Source: Eledone cirrhosa (lineage: Eukaryota). Taken from it: a stretch of DNA of 64,000 nt. A program made the position numbers and the translations under genes. Shown here one piece after another: positions 50,506-64,000 of the stretch (its first letter is position 1; the number at the start of each line of letters is the position of its first letter). The stretch lies in the NCBI GenBank assembly GCA_964016885.1, contig OZ024753.1, forward strand, positions 18,104,001-18,168,000, written 5' to 3'. The notes under the pieces are model-generated. The model searched no databases. It was given only the letters and a program-made list of their open reading frames with translations, and was not told the DNA's origin.

Positions 50506-52605
50506 TTACCGTATTTTTGGTAGAGGAGGGATGGTTTTTACATCCCTTTTCACTTGATCGTCTGGTGAAGGGACCGTTGAATCGTCCCTTCGGCTGGTCG
50601 TCGGCTCTTCTAAGAGAATGTCTGAATATACTCTTCGATTAATGGTTCCTCCTAGGTCCCTGAAATCACCAACTGCGTTGGGGAATTTCGTTTTAATGTT
50701 TGTGTATTGTTTCTGTGCTATTTTTAGCAGTCTTATGTTAGTTGGCGTTTTGATTGGTGCTGGTATTATGTAGTCCTGTTGTGAAATGTCTGTGTGTTCA
50801 ATTATGTAAGTCATTAGTTTCTTGTTGTGTGTGTTTATTGCCGTGCATTTGTTTTTCTGGGGGTGGGGTGTGGTTCTGCTATTTTCTTGTCGTTGTTGCT
50901 GGGTGTGTGTGTTTTGTTGTTGTGTTTGCGATGTTGGTGCTTGTGGTGGTGGTGTTGAAGGTGTTGTTGGCGGTGGGGTTGTCGCCGGTGGTGATGGTGG
51001 TGCTGGTGTGGGTGGTGATGGTGTTGGTGGTGTTGCTGCTGTGGGTCTCTTTGCAGTAGACTTTACCCTTTTCTCATTTCTTTCCTCCCTTTTCAAAGGC
51101 GACGATGCGCTGCTTCTGCGTTTGTGCCTTCTTGAGACCTTTTGCCATCCCTCTCCCACCTCACACTCCATGTCTGATTCTGTAAGGTCGGGGAGGGGTA
51201 CCAGCTCCACTCTTTCACTTGTTGTTGTTGGTGATGTTTGCACTGGAGTCTCTGTTGCAGCTGCATTTGGTATTGCTGTTGTTGTTGTTAATATTTCCAC
51301 TGCTGCTGCTGTCTTTGATTTCCGTGGAGTGGGTATGGGTGCCACGGACCTATCGTTCCTGGTTGCCGCTTGTCCTGTTGCTGGTAGCCGTGGAACCGGA
51401 TTCGGGAGGAGGGGGGTTTTCTCCTTTCTCAGGGTCTTCTCGTTGCAGAAGGCCCTGAGGTGAGTCTTCGATCCACAGCGAAAGCATTTCGGGCGTTTGC
51501 CCTCAACACTTATGGGCAGTTGAGTGCCGTTATCGAAGTCTATCACATCCGGGATAGCTTCGATGCACTCCTGGTTGGTTTGTATTAGCATCTCAATGGA
51601 GGAGCCGACCCAATCTTCTCTTACTTTTTTCTGTACTTGCAGTACAGTTGTTTTGTCCTCGATTCCGACGAGGACAGACGCGGCCAGCCAAGAAGGGGTC
51701 ATTCCGGGGGGGACGTGGGTCAGTTTGACCCTCACAATTTTTTGCCCGCAGTAGGAGGGCACCAACACCATTTCCTCGCTCCTTAGGGTCACTACTGATT
51801 GGGCCTTTGCCTCCTGGGGTGTGGCAAAAAGTACGTCTACGGTGGCGTATTTTTTGCCTCGGGTGATGTGCGTTTTCCTCTGCCACACAGACCCCAAGGC
51901 TTTTTGTATTTGGGCCTCTGTGGCTCTTTCCACCCTACGGGATTTTGTACTTACTGTACGGTACGTGACCGTACAGTGCTCTTGGGTTTCGAAAAAATTT
52001 TTCGCTGCCTTGCAGATTGCTCGGTGTCCGTTCTTTGTCACCATCTTCTTCGCTTCCTCTAATTCCTCATTTGTTATGAGGATTGTTTCCAGGTTTTTCG
52101 CAATACCTGCAAATGAGATTGGTTTTTCTCTGCTGTTGTTGTTGTCGTCAGAGCTGCTGGTACTTTTGTTGTTGCTGCAGGTACTACGACTACTGCCTCC
52201 GCCGCTGTTGCTGTGGTTGTTGTTGGTGTTGCTGCTGCTAATGCTGTTGTTGTTTATGCTGCTGGTGATGCTGTTGCGGCTGCTACTGTTGTTTTCATTG
52301 TCACTGTTGCTGTTGTTATTACGGCTGCTACTGCTATTATTCCTGACGTCAGACGAATGAACTGGGTTTTCGTATTTCCCGCACACCTGTTTCGTCGCTG
52401 TCGTCGTCGTCGTGGAGAAACCTTGCACGCTTTGCACGAGACTTTTCTTTTCTTTCGTCGCTTGCGAAAGAGAAGGTAGGGAGAGAGACACATTTAAAGA
52501 AGGGAGGGAGAGAGACAATCTTCTCTCTCCTGTAGTGATGATTGAGGAAGAAGAAGACGGAATGAGTGGGAGTGACGTATGAAATTTTTTTTTTTTGGTA
52601 GCCAT
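50506..52605 (-). CDS. LINE ORF1, element B (ATG at 52605, MATKKKK...)
   Basis: CCHC knuckle CFRCGSKTHLRAFC preceded by ISVEG, as in element A. The track start at 52638 is a TTG. Confidence 0.88.
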   Translation of the reverse strand: MATKKKKFHTSLPLIPSSSSSIITTGERRLSLSLPSLNVSLSLPSLSQATKEKKSLVQSVQGFSTTTTTATKQVCGKYENPVHSSDVRNNSSSSRNNNSNSDNENNSSSRNSITSSINNNSISSSNTNNNHSNSGGGSSRSTCSNNKSTSSSDDNNNSREKPISFAGIAKNLETILITNEELEEAKKMVTKNGHRAICKAAKNFFETQEHCTVTYRTVSTKSRRVERATEAQIQKALGSVWQRKTHITRGKKYATVDVLFATPQEAKAQSVVTLRSEEMVLVPSYCGQKIVRVKLTHVPPGMTPSWLAASVLVGIEDKTTVLQVQKKVREDWVGSSIEMLIQTNQECIEAIPDVIDFDNGTQLPISVEGKRPKCFRCGSKTHLRAFCNEKTLRKEKTPLLPNPVPRLPATGQAATRNDRSVAPIPTPRKSKTAAAVEILTTTTAIPNAAATETPVQTSPTTTSERVELVPLPDLTESDMECEVGEGWQKVSRRHKRRSSASSPLKREERNEKRVKSTAKRPTAATPPTPSPPTPAPPSPPATTPPPTTPSTPPPQAPTSQTQQQNTHTQQQRQENSRTTPHPQKNKCTAINTHNKKLMTYIIEHTDISQQDYIIPAPIKTPTNIRLLKIAQKQYTNIKTKFPNAVGDFRDLGGTINRRVYSDILLEEPTTSRRDDSTVPSPDDQVKRDVKTIPPLPKIR

Positions 52606-53098
52606 GTTTTTTTGTTTAAAATGAAATTTTGGGTACAAAACCCCAATAACTGGCTATTTAACCCCGAAGGGCCAAATAACGGACAGAAAGACCCCTCTCA
52701 CGAGGAGGAGGGTGTCTTTATCAACAATTTGGTTCAAGTTTTAAACAATTTACAATTGTTTTAACGGTTAAAAATTACTATACCTTACAGAGCCGAGCCT
52801 CCGTCAACCATGGCATTCAATAATAATAATAATAATGTAATAGAAGTACGGTTTGTTAAACCTTCATTAGGTTTATTGATTGGTGACGCGCGCTTTACTT
52901 TTGATCAGCTGAAGGTTCGATCTATATCGATTTGACCCAGTACTGGATTCAAAAGCTCATCGAACCACTGTTCTAGTAGTGACAGAATGTATTATTATAT
53001 TACAATTTGTCCAACTCCACACCCCGTCAGTGACGTGAACCTAAACATCCAGCGTTCACCTGGGTGAAGCAACAGTAATTCCACGGTACACTCCATGG

Positions 53099-53150
<52 letters not shown>

Positions 53151-53153
<3 letters not shown>

Positions 53154-53413
53154 GTAACCTTAGTTTTTCGAATATTAATAATAACATTTGATTCGTTTGC
53201 ACTTATGCAAACAAGCCTCATATTAATAGCCATGTCAGTAAAATGAAATCTTCATTCTTACTCCTGTGTTGGCATGTAAACACTTTACATGGCAACACAA
53301 GAGCAATAATGAAGAGTTCATTCTACTGACATGGCTATAAAAATGAGGCTTGATTCCATAATTGCAAACGAATCGGATGTTATTTTTAATATTCGAAAAA
53401 CTCAGATTACATT
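53151..53413. repeat. Fold-back element (~130 bp arms, centre TGTAAA-cac-TTTACA) between (TA)n tracts; a single arm recurs at 57420-57533
   Basis: Reverse-complement arms with scattered mismatches. No hammerhead core recognised. Confidence 0.85.
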
Positions 53414-53444
53414 TATTGTATCCAGCTATGTAGAGCGAAACTTT

Positions 53445-53888
<444 letters not shown>

Positions 53889-54091
53889 GTAAACAAAAAA
53901 TCAGTGATGCATCGGAACCCAATTTATTGTGTGTTACAATTGTTTCCCCGGCGAACGGCTCGAGGTGCGACCCACGTGTGGATCTACCAGACTTTAGTTC
54001 CGCAGGTTACTCGGACAATAATATTCTGCTCCATAGGAGCATAGAGTGCTCAACCGGCATACCGCCCATGGAAGCATCTTAGCTACCATTA

Positions 54092-54132
<41 letters not shown>

Positions 54133-54178
54133 ATATATGTGTTGTGTATGTGTGTGTGTGCGTGTGTGTATGTGTGGA

Positions 54179-54219
<41 letters not shown>

Positions 54220-54754
54220 ATGTGTGTGGCTGTGTGTAAGTGCGTGTGTGTATGTGTATGTGTGGGTATGTAGATGTCTTTTTGTATATGTACGTATAGA
54301 AAGAAAATAATAGTGCAATATATGCCTGAATATATGTCAATGTTCCATTTGCATGTTGAGTCTATATTAGAAGAGCAGATACCGTGTATAGAAGGATGTT
54401 CCATTCCGCAGGGGATATGTATTACATGATGAAAATATATCTAATTGTCTGATTAAGGCATACCCTAATTTAATTTGGTATCCCTGAAATATGTATAATG
54501 AAATAAATATGGTTTTATAAATATAGTTTCCATTTATTAATATCGTATATCTACTCTAAATACTTGTCGAGTGCTTTATATCAGTTATAAAAATATTTAC
54601 TTGTTGTATCCCAACAATTTTAAATAGAACTTTTGCATATATATATATGTATTTATATATTAAAGTGTTAAAAAATATTCAATGATTATATCAAAGAATG
54701 AGTTTTACAGTTGATTGGAAGCACTCAACGAAAACATAATTTTCTGGAGTTATT

Positions 54755-55032
54755 AATATAAGTATTAATAAATAGATGTGCTTTTGATCAATTACATTTT
54801 ATTATACATATTTCGGATGTACAACAGTACGTCCTCATCAGACAAAATATATTGATACATGACATACCGTGAGATGTTAAATGGTTAAGATTAAATCTTA
54901 ACCAAATAGCATCTCAGGGTATGTCATTTATCGTTATATTTTGTCTGATGAGGACGTACTGTTGTACATCCGCAATATGTATAATAAAATGTAATTGATC
55001 AAAAGAACATCTAATGTATTAATACTTATATT
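54755..55032. mobile_element. Fold-back element with hammerheads at 54796-54848 (-, intact) and 54938-54990 (+, GAAA changed to GCAA)
   Basis: ATTTTGT-CTGATGA-GGACGTAC tgtt GTACATCC-GAAA-TATGTA-TA-ATAAAAT. Related to 5307-5656. Confidence 0.88.
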
Positions 55033-55034
55033 TT

Positions 55035-55044
55035 AATATATATA

Positions 55045-55121
<77 letters not shown>

Positions 55122-55129
55122 ATATATAC

Positions 55130-55171
<42 letters not shown>

Positions 55172-55876
55172 ATGTATATATATGGAAAGTTATATATATA
55201 TATATGTATATGGATATATATATAGAATTATATATAAATGTATATACATATACATATATATATATGATTACATATATATATAATTATATATATATATATA
55301 AGTATGTATGAGTACATACATATGTGTATACAGACGTACAGTAGTATGTATATTCATACATGCACACATATATATATGTACGTATGGGTTTTTTTGTTTT
55401 CGGTGCGCCCGGCCGACTACCTCACTCGATATGCAAATTAGGCTGCTCAGCCGTTAATATGCATAAGGAAAGTATATACTTTCAAACGTTCAATCGACTG
55501 AAAGCAACGTATACGGTGCTGATGACAGCTAATAAGCTAGAAACTAGTTCATCGTTCCTCTGTCAGTGTTGAACAAAAGGGCAACGATGGTTGCCGACCA
55601 CTGTGCGGCTTAATTCGAGCTGTTCGTTTACAAACAAACCGAACATTATAATAAATGTTCGCTAAACACATACGTACATATATATACGTGTGCATGTATG
55701 TATGTATATACATACTACTGTACGTATGTATACATATATATATGTACGTATACATACGTACAGTAGTATGTATATATATACAGTAGTATGTATATATATA
55801 TTATATTTAAGTATCAGCCGTACTAAGAATGAGAAATGAAATTTCATTTTTTCCACACATACCCCCCCCCCCCCCT

Positions 55877-55915
<39 letters not shown>

Positions 55916-56310
55916 TATATATATACATATATATTATACATGATTACATATATATAAACATAATTATATATACACACTATATATACATATATATTATACA
56001 TGATTACATATATATATATATACATAATTATATATACACACACTATATATATATACATATATATATACTATATATACTATATACATATATATATCACACA
56101 TATATATATATATTTATATATATAGGTAATTATATACATATGATTACATATATATATAATTATATATAATTATATATATATGTAATTATATATATATATA
56201 TATATGATTACATATATATATATATAAATATGTATATATGTAATTATATATATATAAATGTGAATACATATATATTTATATAATTATATATATAATTATA
56301 TAATTATATA

Positions 56311-56392
<82 letters not shown>

Positions 56393-56470
56393 TTTTATAT
56401 ATATATATATACATATATATATATACATATATATATATATACATATATATATACATATATATATATATAT
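55035..56470. repeat. Extended degenerate (TA)n/(TACA)n low-complexity block; many similar (TA)n and (CA)n tracts occur throughout the window
   Basis: Direct reading. These tracts produce the spurious YIYI/HTHT ORFs. Confidence 0.9.
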
Positions 56471-56773
56471 CGGAATATGCATGAAATCCCGGTAGACATT
56501 TCGTTTTTTGCTGCAGAAGCGAATATGTGTTTATCGTGTTTTTATTTACCGCATTGTAGCCAACGCAGTGTCAAACGAATCTACCGGAAGAGAGACACAT
56601 AATCAATATGCACAAATTATCGAGACATAATGTCTCCAATACGTGTAGGTCAACCATATTAATAATTTTGTCGTATGAAAACAAAATGTGTATTAAGAAA
56701 GTGCTTGAATTGAAATTTTTAAATTGATTTACCGTTCCGATATTTGCATAACAGAATTTTTCTCCTTTTGTAG

Positions 56774-56901
56774 GTTTTAATAAATATATTACGGAATGTT
56801 AGACCAACATTAAAGGAGAGTATGGAATACCAACCCGAATATAAAGACCTTATGCAATACTGCTGGAGCCATGATCCTCAGAAGCGACCAAAGTTCAAAG
56901 A

Positions 56902-56902
<1 letters not shown>
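56774..56902 (+). CDS. Protein kinase exon (subdomains X-XI): [43 protein letters not shown]
   Basis: tttttctccttttgtag acceptor, GAG|GTAAAT donor, phase 0/0. LMxxCWxxDPxxRPxF motif. Follows a ~38 kb intron. Confidence 0.93.
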
Positions 56903-56938
<36 letters not shown>

Positions 56939-57000
56939 GTGTCTGTGTGTTTATATCATTCTTTTCCTTTTTTAAATATATATATATATATATTTACATA

Positions 57001-57124
<124 letters not shown>

Positions 57125-57161
57125 TAAAAAAAAGGAAAAGAATGATTTCACACATTTCCCA

Positions 57162-57214
<53 letters not shown>

Positions 57215-57339
57215 TACACACACGTATATATGTACATATATATTTATATATATGTTTATATATATATATATATATACATACACACACACACATATATACA
57301 TACATAAACAAACAAACACATATATATACATACATACAT

Positions 57340-57421
<82 letters not shown>

Positions 57422-57540
57422 GTAACCTGAGTTTTTCGAATATTAATAATAACGTTCGAGTCGTTTGCAATTATGCAAACAAGCCTCAATGTTATAGCCA
57501 TGTCAGTAGAATGAACACTTCATTCTTGCTCTTTGATGAA

Positions 57541-57736
57541 CGAGGGTTGGCTGAAATGTTCATAGGCTGATATGAATGCGAGATGCTAGAGGTGTGAAAT
57601 GGTACATGCATTAATTTCAACTGTTCTTATTAATAGATGCATTGTATCATTCAATGGATTATGTTAAAAATATACATCATTTTCTCATTCCATGAGAGTA
57701 TCTTGGTCAGTCTCTGAACTTTACAGCCGACCCTCG
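57541..57736. mobile_element. Mariner-type MITE
   Basis: TIRs CGAGGGTTGGCTGAAATGTTCATAGGCTGA / TCAGTCTCTGAACTTTACAGCCGACCCTCG, with TA on the right flank. Confidence 0.8.
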
Positions 57737-57803
57737 TATATATACACTTATTATTTGTGTTGATAAGAGAGATGGTTGACCGGAGAGAACATTATCTATT
57801 AAT

Positions 57804-57993
57804 CGGTGGATTGGCAGTATCGGTAGAGGGTTGGACGCCATGCTTTGTCGTATAGAGTTACGGCCCTTGCCATTCTGAGTTCAAATCCCGCCGAGGTTAA
57901 CTTTGCCTATCATCCTTACCGGGTCGATAAAATAAAGTACCAGTAATGCACTGGATATTTGCTGGCATTGTGCCAAAATGTAGAAACAATTAT
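57804..57993 (+). mobile_element. SINE with target-site duplication ATTATCTATTAATCG
   Basis: Consensus match with a flanking direct repeat. Confidence 0.92.
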
Positions 57994-59532
57994 CTATTAA
58001 TCGATATTTAGAATATGTAATGTTTACCTGCCGCTGAGATATCTGTATGGCGTCGTATTTTAATTCAGTAATTGCCACCGCAAAACATTTCATGTGGAAC
58101 CATTCTGGGATATGATCCTCTAGTAATAGTGAAAGCTGCGTTCACGCACAGCTAGTAGTCCAAATATTTCTGGAAGCATTCCAATTCCTTGTAGGATGAA
58201 AATAACAAACAAAACAGGTTTTGAATGGGGGATCACTTCACGTATAAATCTTAATTGAATTATCTTGAAGTGAGATATGAACAGAAAGTAATATCTAACC
58301 CGACACTGTGTATACGCTAACGAATAATGTCTATATATATAATTATTTTACCTATGTACAATGAGGTGCTGCACTTCAAAACTATAAAAACCACGGGATA
58401 TTTCATGTATCTTTCGATTAACAAAATCCCAAATCTCACCGATTCGGCTGGAACTAGTCAAATCGCACCAGGGAAACAATGTTTCCATTAATCTTTCCAT
58501 TGCTTATTGTTTCTACCGATCGGCATTCATGGTAGAAAGAGTAGCAGGAAATAATTTGTGTTACTCATACATACATAATTTCATAAAGACATACATACAT
58601 TACATTCAACATACGTGCATAAACATATACATGAATTCATATATACATACATAGATACATTTATAAATACATACATAATACAAAGATACATAGACACATT
58701 GATTCATACATAAATACATCCAAAACATATATACATTCAACATATATATATATATAAATGCATACATACATTCATAAATATATACATACATTCATAGATA
58801 CATTCATACATAACTACATACATACATGCATACATAATACATAAATACATACATACATAATACATTAATACATAATACATTAATACATAATACATACATA
58901 CATAATACATTAATACATAATACATTAATACATAATACATACATACATAATACATTAATACATAATTCATTAATACATACATACTTAATACATTAATAGA
59001 TACTCGTCCGGTCCACAAATTGAACTCGCAACCGCATAGTTGCTAATTCTATTCTCTAATAACTAAGTCACGGGCTTTCACATATCTCTTTCCTGAGGTA
59101 GAAATAGAGATGTTCCAATAATTCCTTGGTGGATATTTCCTTGAAATGTGATAGCAATAGAATCCTATGAAAAAAAAAGAAACACTGTTCACTGAATCTA
59201 GTAAGAAGTTTAGCCGGCATGAAATATCACTTATTGAAATTTAAATATATATGTTGTTTGTGAGAGAAATGGAAGATTAATCTCGGTAGGAACTGAGAGC
59301 ACAGAAAACCAGTAGTATTATCAAATGAAATTCTATTCCACTTGGAAAAATTTGGTAATTTATCATAATGGCATAATTCAGTTGCAATAACCTGCTAAAT
59401 AGAGCGACAGGAAGCCATTTATTCTGAATTTGTAAATTGATATCAAAGATATTTCACGGATAGTTCTGATCAATGATAATCAAAGTTTCTCATTCACAGT
59501 TTCTATCATACATTTCACATACATATAGTATT

Positions 59533-59723
59533 ATAATTGTTTCTATTTTAGGCAAAAGGCCAGCCATTATCCAGTACATTACTGGTACTTTATTTTATCG
59601 ATCCCGTAAGGATGAAAGGCAAAGTTAACCTCGGCGGGATTTGAAATCAGATCATAAGAGGACGTAACTCTATGCTTCAAAGCATGGTGTCCGACTCTCT
59701 ACCGATACTGCCAATCCACCGCC
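59533..59723 (-). mobile_element. tRNA-derived SINE
   Basis: Same consensus. Confidence 0.9.
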
Positions 59724-61128
59724 CTTATACATATTGTATTATAATGATGGTGTGGTATGGTATGATATAGTTCTGTAATTCATGAGGGAATCATAGGGGC
59801 ACCATATTGAGATGCGGATTTTCGAGGGCATCTCTCAAACTTACGGTGTCCCTCTCAACTCCAGGTTGGGTTACAGTAGATTTCACCCAGAGAAAGATAG
59901 AGAGGGAGAGAATGGAAGTCAGAAAGAGGAAGAATTGACCTTGAATGGACAAATGGCAAAGTTGAACTCGGGGGTATTTAAGCTGAGAACAGAAACCCGG
60001 AACAAATATTGCAACCTTCTAACGATTCTGCCGATTCGCCGCCTTACAATGATAGTATACAATAAACAGAACACGCTATATATATGAGGTAAAATTGTGG
60101 TGTAGCTAGCTGATACTTAGTGTAGTAAAAGTATAAAATATTTATTGTAATAGTTGTGTAGAATATTAGCTTAGAAAAAAAACAAAATATGTTTCAATTT
60201 TAATGTCATATGTAGTATAAGGAAGAATGAAGACAACATTGTCAGCTATGAGGGAAAATGTGTAAAATCTAAGACATAGTAGTAAATAACTATATACCTA
60301 TGTATATACCTATGTAGGTGATATGGTAACATCAGAATTATGCCATTGTTTACGATAAGTGAAACAAATGAAATCTTCCTCATGTTATTAATACCAGATC
60401 TACATTTTTATTGTTTTGGTGTCAGCGGGTCACCGTCTGAGACTAAAAATAATTATATTAGAGAGAAAAAAAAATTACAGATTTCTCTAACTGAACATTG
60501 TACAACATAGGAGTGGTAGTCTAAAGTTTATAGCCGAACACTATATTTTCTTTACGATATATTTGTATGAAATAGACATAAATAAGAGCATGTAACATCA
60601 AAACATTCATGGGAAATAGTATGTATAGCTGAAATACATGACATTTATTCTGATATTCGGGAAAGTATTTATATCCTCATCATCGAGCGGCCTCAGCCGA
60701 AATGGACTCACATCTCCACGTGGGTCTGTCGTTCATCGCCGTTGCCAAATCCTGGATTTCAATACCAGAATCTCTGGAGATGACATCAGGTAGGTAGGCT
60801 TGCGTCCCTTGTTATTAATGACTGCTTGTGGTTTCCAAAGCACTAATGGGGACACAGCCTCAGAGGTGGCACGACGGCATTTATATAACAGAAGTTCTAT
60901 CGCAAAAGAATTGAAACGCTATATGTTTTAAACCTTATTTTAGCGTCAGGCTCGATATCTAAAGATAAGCCAAATCATGAATAACGGATACATACATACA
61001 TTACATTCAACATACGTGCATTAATATATACGTGAATTCATATATGCATACATACATTTATATATACATACATTGATTCATACATCCATACATCCATACA
61101 TATATACATTCATACAATAATCAAAGCT

Positions 61129-61762
61129 ATGTTCAAATCATTTTATTGCTGACAATCGTTTCGTCCAAACCTTCGTTTGGATTCATCGGAGCACTAGCAA
61201 TGTTTGTACATATAATTAACCTCCTATTCAACTGAGCAATCATATAGATACATGGATATTAATGTTGTCAAAAGCACTTTCGTATTTACAGAATGGAGTG
61301 GATGCGTCATAGATTACAAGAGAATTGTACAATAATGAAAATTAAAATAAAAATTTAAAAAGGCACCGAGTAGAATGCATGCGACATAGATTTTAGGGAA
61401 TAGTATAATAATTAAAGAGGCATTAAGGTAGAAAGTTACTCGTAAAACGAGTAACTTTACGAGTAACTTTCTACCGTAATGCCTCTTTAATTATTATAAT
61501 CTATGCCGCATGCATTCCACTCGGTGCCTTTTTCATTTTTCATTTTTTATTTTAATTATTGTACAATTCGCTTGAAATCTATGTCGCATCCATTCCACTC
61601 TGTAAATACAAACCTGCTGTTGACAACATTAATATCCATGTATCTATATGATTGTTTGGTTAAATAGGAGGTTAATTATATGTACAAACATTGCTAGTGC
61701 TCCGACGAATCCAAACGAATGTTTCGAAGAAACGATTGTCAGCAATAGAATGATTTGAACAT
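61129..61762. mobile_element. Fold-back element (~310 bp arms) with terminal hammerheads at 61147-61193 (-) and 61698-61744 (+, stem II damaged)
   Basis: TGCT-CCGATGA-ATCCAAAC gaag GTTTGGAC-GAAA-CGATTG-TC-AGCA-ATAAAA. Confidence 0.9.
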
Positions 61763-62274
61763 TGTGTAATTTATATTCTGTAAAACATCTCATGTATTTA
61801 CATTGAGCTATTTTTCTTACAGGTAATAAGGTAGTAATGAATTACTGACCTTTCCTGTTTATAGCTGTATATAGTGTATACATAATTATAAATAATATTA
61901 TTATTATTACATATATACATATATTCATAAATATATTCCTACATACCTACATACATACGTACATGCGTACATACCTACATAATACATAAATACATGCATA
62001 ATACATTAATACAATCATTTATTCATTCGTACCTACATACATAAATACATACATACATACATATATATATATTCATACATACACTTATACATGCACACAT
62101 ACATACATAGATACATACATACATACAATTATTTATTCATTCGTACATACATACATAAATACATACATACACACATACATACACACATACATACAAACAT
62201 CACTATATACTGTTCTTATATAAAACCAATAGAAATACGTATTCCTTCAACTCTTTGTAAATCTATTTTTTCAG

Positions 62275-62385
62275 GTTCTTACAAAATGCAAGGATATTTT
62301 CAATCATTCGCGGACATTTCAAAAGTCAATTCGTCGAAGGAATGAAAGCCAGAGAGAAAGCGGTACATATAGTGATTGTATATAA
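62275..62385 (+). CDS. Probable terminal coding exon of the kinase: VLTKCKDIFNHSRTFQKSIRRRNESQRESGTYSDCI*
   Basis: ctattttttcag acceptor in phase 0 continues the final helix (FKE|VL). TAA at 62383-62385. Confidence 0.75.
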   Translation, partial: VLTKCKDIFNHSRTFQKSIRRRNESQRESGTYSDCI

Positions 62386-62559
62386 TAGAATCTTATATTT
62401 GCTTTAAAAAAAAAAGGCAATTTTCATAAGACATAAAAGGAAATCGAAAAACCTGAAATATATTTTGAATCCTGATGGCTTCCATCAACATAAATCGGAC
62501 CCAGAGACCTTATTTTTCCGAATATTTTCTTATATAGAACTGAAGTTAATTTTACATGG

Positions 62560-62628
<69 letters not shown>

Positions 62629-62796
62629 CCGTATTTCCCGGCGTCGGAGACGCTTATTCCTCGAGGACGCACCCTAATTTTGACAACAACAAATTTGAAA
62701 AAAAGAAAAAAACAACCTTCGGCCTCCAGGACGCATGGTAGAGTTTTGAGACTTATTTTAGGAAAAAAGTAGCGTCTTTGACGCCGGGAAATACGG
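62629..62796. mobile_element. Tc1/Tc2(pogo)-type MITE in the putative kinase 3' UTR
   Basis: TIRs CCGTATTTCCCGGCGTC..AGACGC with TA duplicated on both sides. Confidence 0.88.
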
Positions 62797-63638
62797 TATA
62801 TCATTTACTGATAATTATTTTCCGGTTTGAAAGATTGGATACCCAAAACCTTATCCAGACATATATACATTCAAAATATATATTGGTTCGAAACTAAATG
62901 CTTCAAGCTTCCATTTAGGTCGAAATGGCATTCTATTGTGCGGGTTGTTGTATCCAAAAAAGAATATTTCATGGTAATGAACTGTCCCGAAGTTGTTTGC
63001 CGACGTTGAAATAGAAACCAATTTCACTAAGCTTACATTATTGTTATCCTGAAAAACGAAACGTATGTTTATTAAACGGTAGCGATATAGTGGAGCAGAC
63101 GCTCGGATATTTAAATTATTGTAAAAAGCAATAAATTCATAAATTTATATTGTTCAATGCTTCAGACAATGATCCTTCGTTGAAGAAAGGCAGAAAAGAA
63201 AGCAATGAAATATATCATGGACGCAGTATTACAGAATAGGTGATGGAAATTTGAAAAGTGAATACTTGTTTAACGAGAAAATGGAAATCATTCAGATAAT
63301 ATATTGAGATTCACCATAACAGATACGACGTTTCTAGAAACCAACTATTGTAAATATATAAACAACCATTGATAAATTGTTATTGTAGTTGTGGTTATTA
63401 TCACTCTCTCCTGAGAGCAGTTTAAATTATTCTTTGCATTATATATTCCTTTATATGCCACTAAGATTCCAGGAAAACAATTATGGTCTCCTAAATATAA
63501 AATGAGGGCCAAAAAGATTAAAATATGACAACAGTTTGAATCATATTATACAGCATTCATAAATTCATTATCAAATCTTGCGTTATCAAATCTTAAATGA
63601 ACATTAATTTGTGATTATGTATTGTAACACATGTAACC

Positions 63639-63673
63639 AATAAATGTTTATGTATATACGATATGTAAATAAA
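63639..63673 (+). terminator. Candidate polyadenylation signals (two AATAAA) for the kinase gene
   Basis: AATAAA at 63639 and 63668, ~1.3 kb after the stop. The hexamer is common in AT-rich DNA. Confidence 0.25.
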
Positions 63674-63719
63674 AGTGTTTCTCCGTTAATTTTGAAACAG
63701 AGCGTTCCAATTAAACAAA

Positions 63720-63911
63720 TAACTTCTTCTACTTTTGGCACAAGGCCAGCAAATTCCCCAGTGCATTACTGGTACTTTATTTTATCGACCCTGTAAGGAT
63801 GAAAGGCAAAGTAAACCTCGGCGGGATTTGAACTCAGAATGGCAAGGACCGTAACTCTATGCGTCAAAACATGGCGTCCGACCCTCTACCGATACTGCCA
63901 ATCCATCGCCC
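63720..63911 (-). mobile_element. SINE with flanking duplication TCCAATTAAACAAATAAC
   Basis: Consensus match with a flanking direct repeat. Confidence 0.9.
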
Positions 63912-64000
63912 TTAATTATCCAATTAAACAAATAACGGATGTTTGTACTTATTAAGGTTTACTGTAAGGTACTGAATATTTCACATATAACCTGTAACCA

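Larger units (their letters stand above)
46789..52818 (-). mobile_element. Full-length Tx1/L1-clade non-LTR retrotransposon (element B) inserted in (AAT)n
   Basis: Two intact ORFs. 3' end CCCTTGTGGTTAATAAAGAAATC runs into (ATT)n. (AAT)n lies on both flanks (from ~46746 and from 52819). Confidence 0.94.

Overview
AT-rich, microsatellite-dense animal DNA, probably an octopod cephalopod (inferred from the abundant tRNA-derived SINE and overall repeat landscape). One + strand protein kinase gene spans the window: six spliced exons (2420-62385) encode kinase subdomains IV-XI plus a C-terminal tail, with an unusual Cys-rich activation segment. The introns hold two full-length, apparently intact Tx1/L1-clade LINEs tail-to-tail, two Tx1 3' fragments, two Penelope-like elements (one Naiad-like, one Neptune-like with inverted terminal repeats), over 20 SINE copies, a Helitron, Tc1/mariner MITEs and an RTE fragment. 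The most striking signal is a set of non-coding fold-back (palindromic) elements sitting in (TA)n tracts, many carrying outward-facing minimal type I hammerhead ribozymes followed by AATAAA-like signals. I read about 25 intact or degenerate hammerhead motifs from roughly ten sequence families. Both Tx1 elements also have a splice donor overlapping the ORF1 stop codon and an AG that would fuse ORF1 to ORF2 in frame. Repeat boundaries were read by eye and may be off by a few bases.
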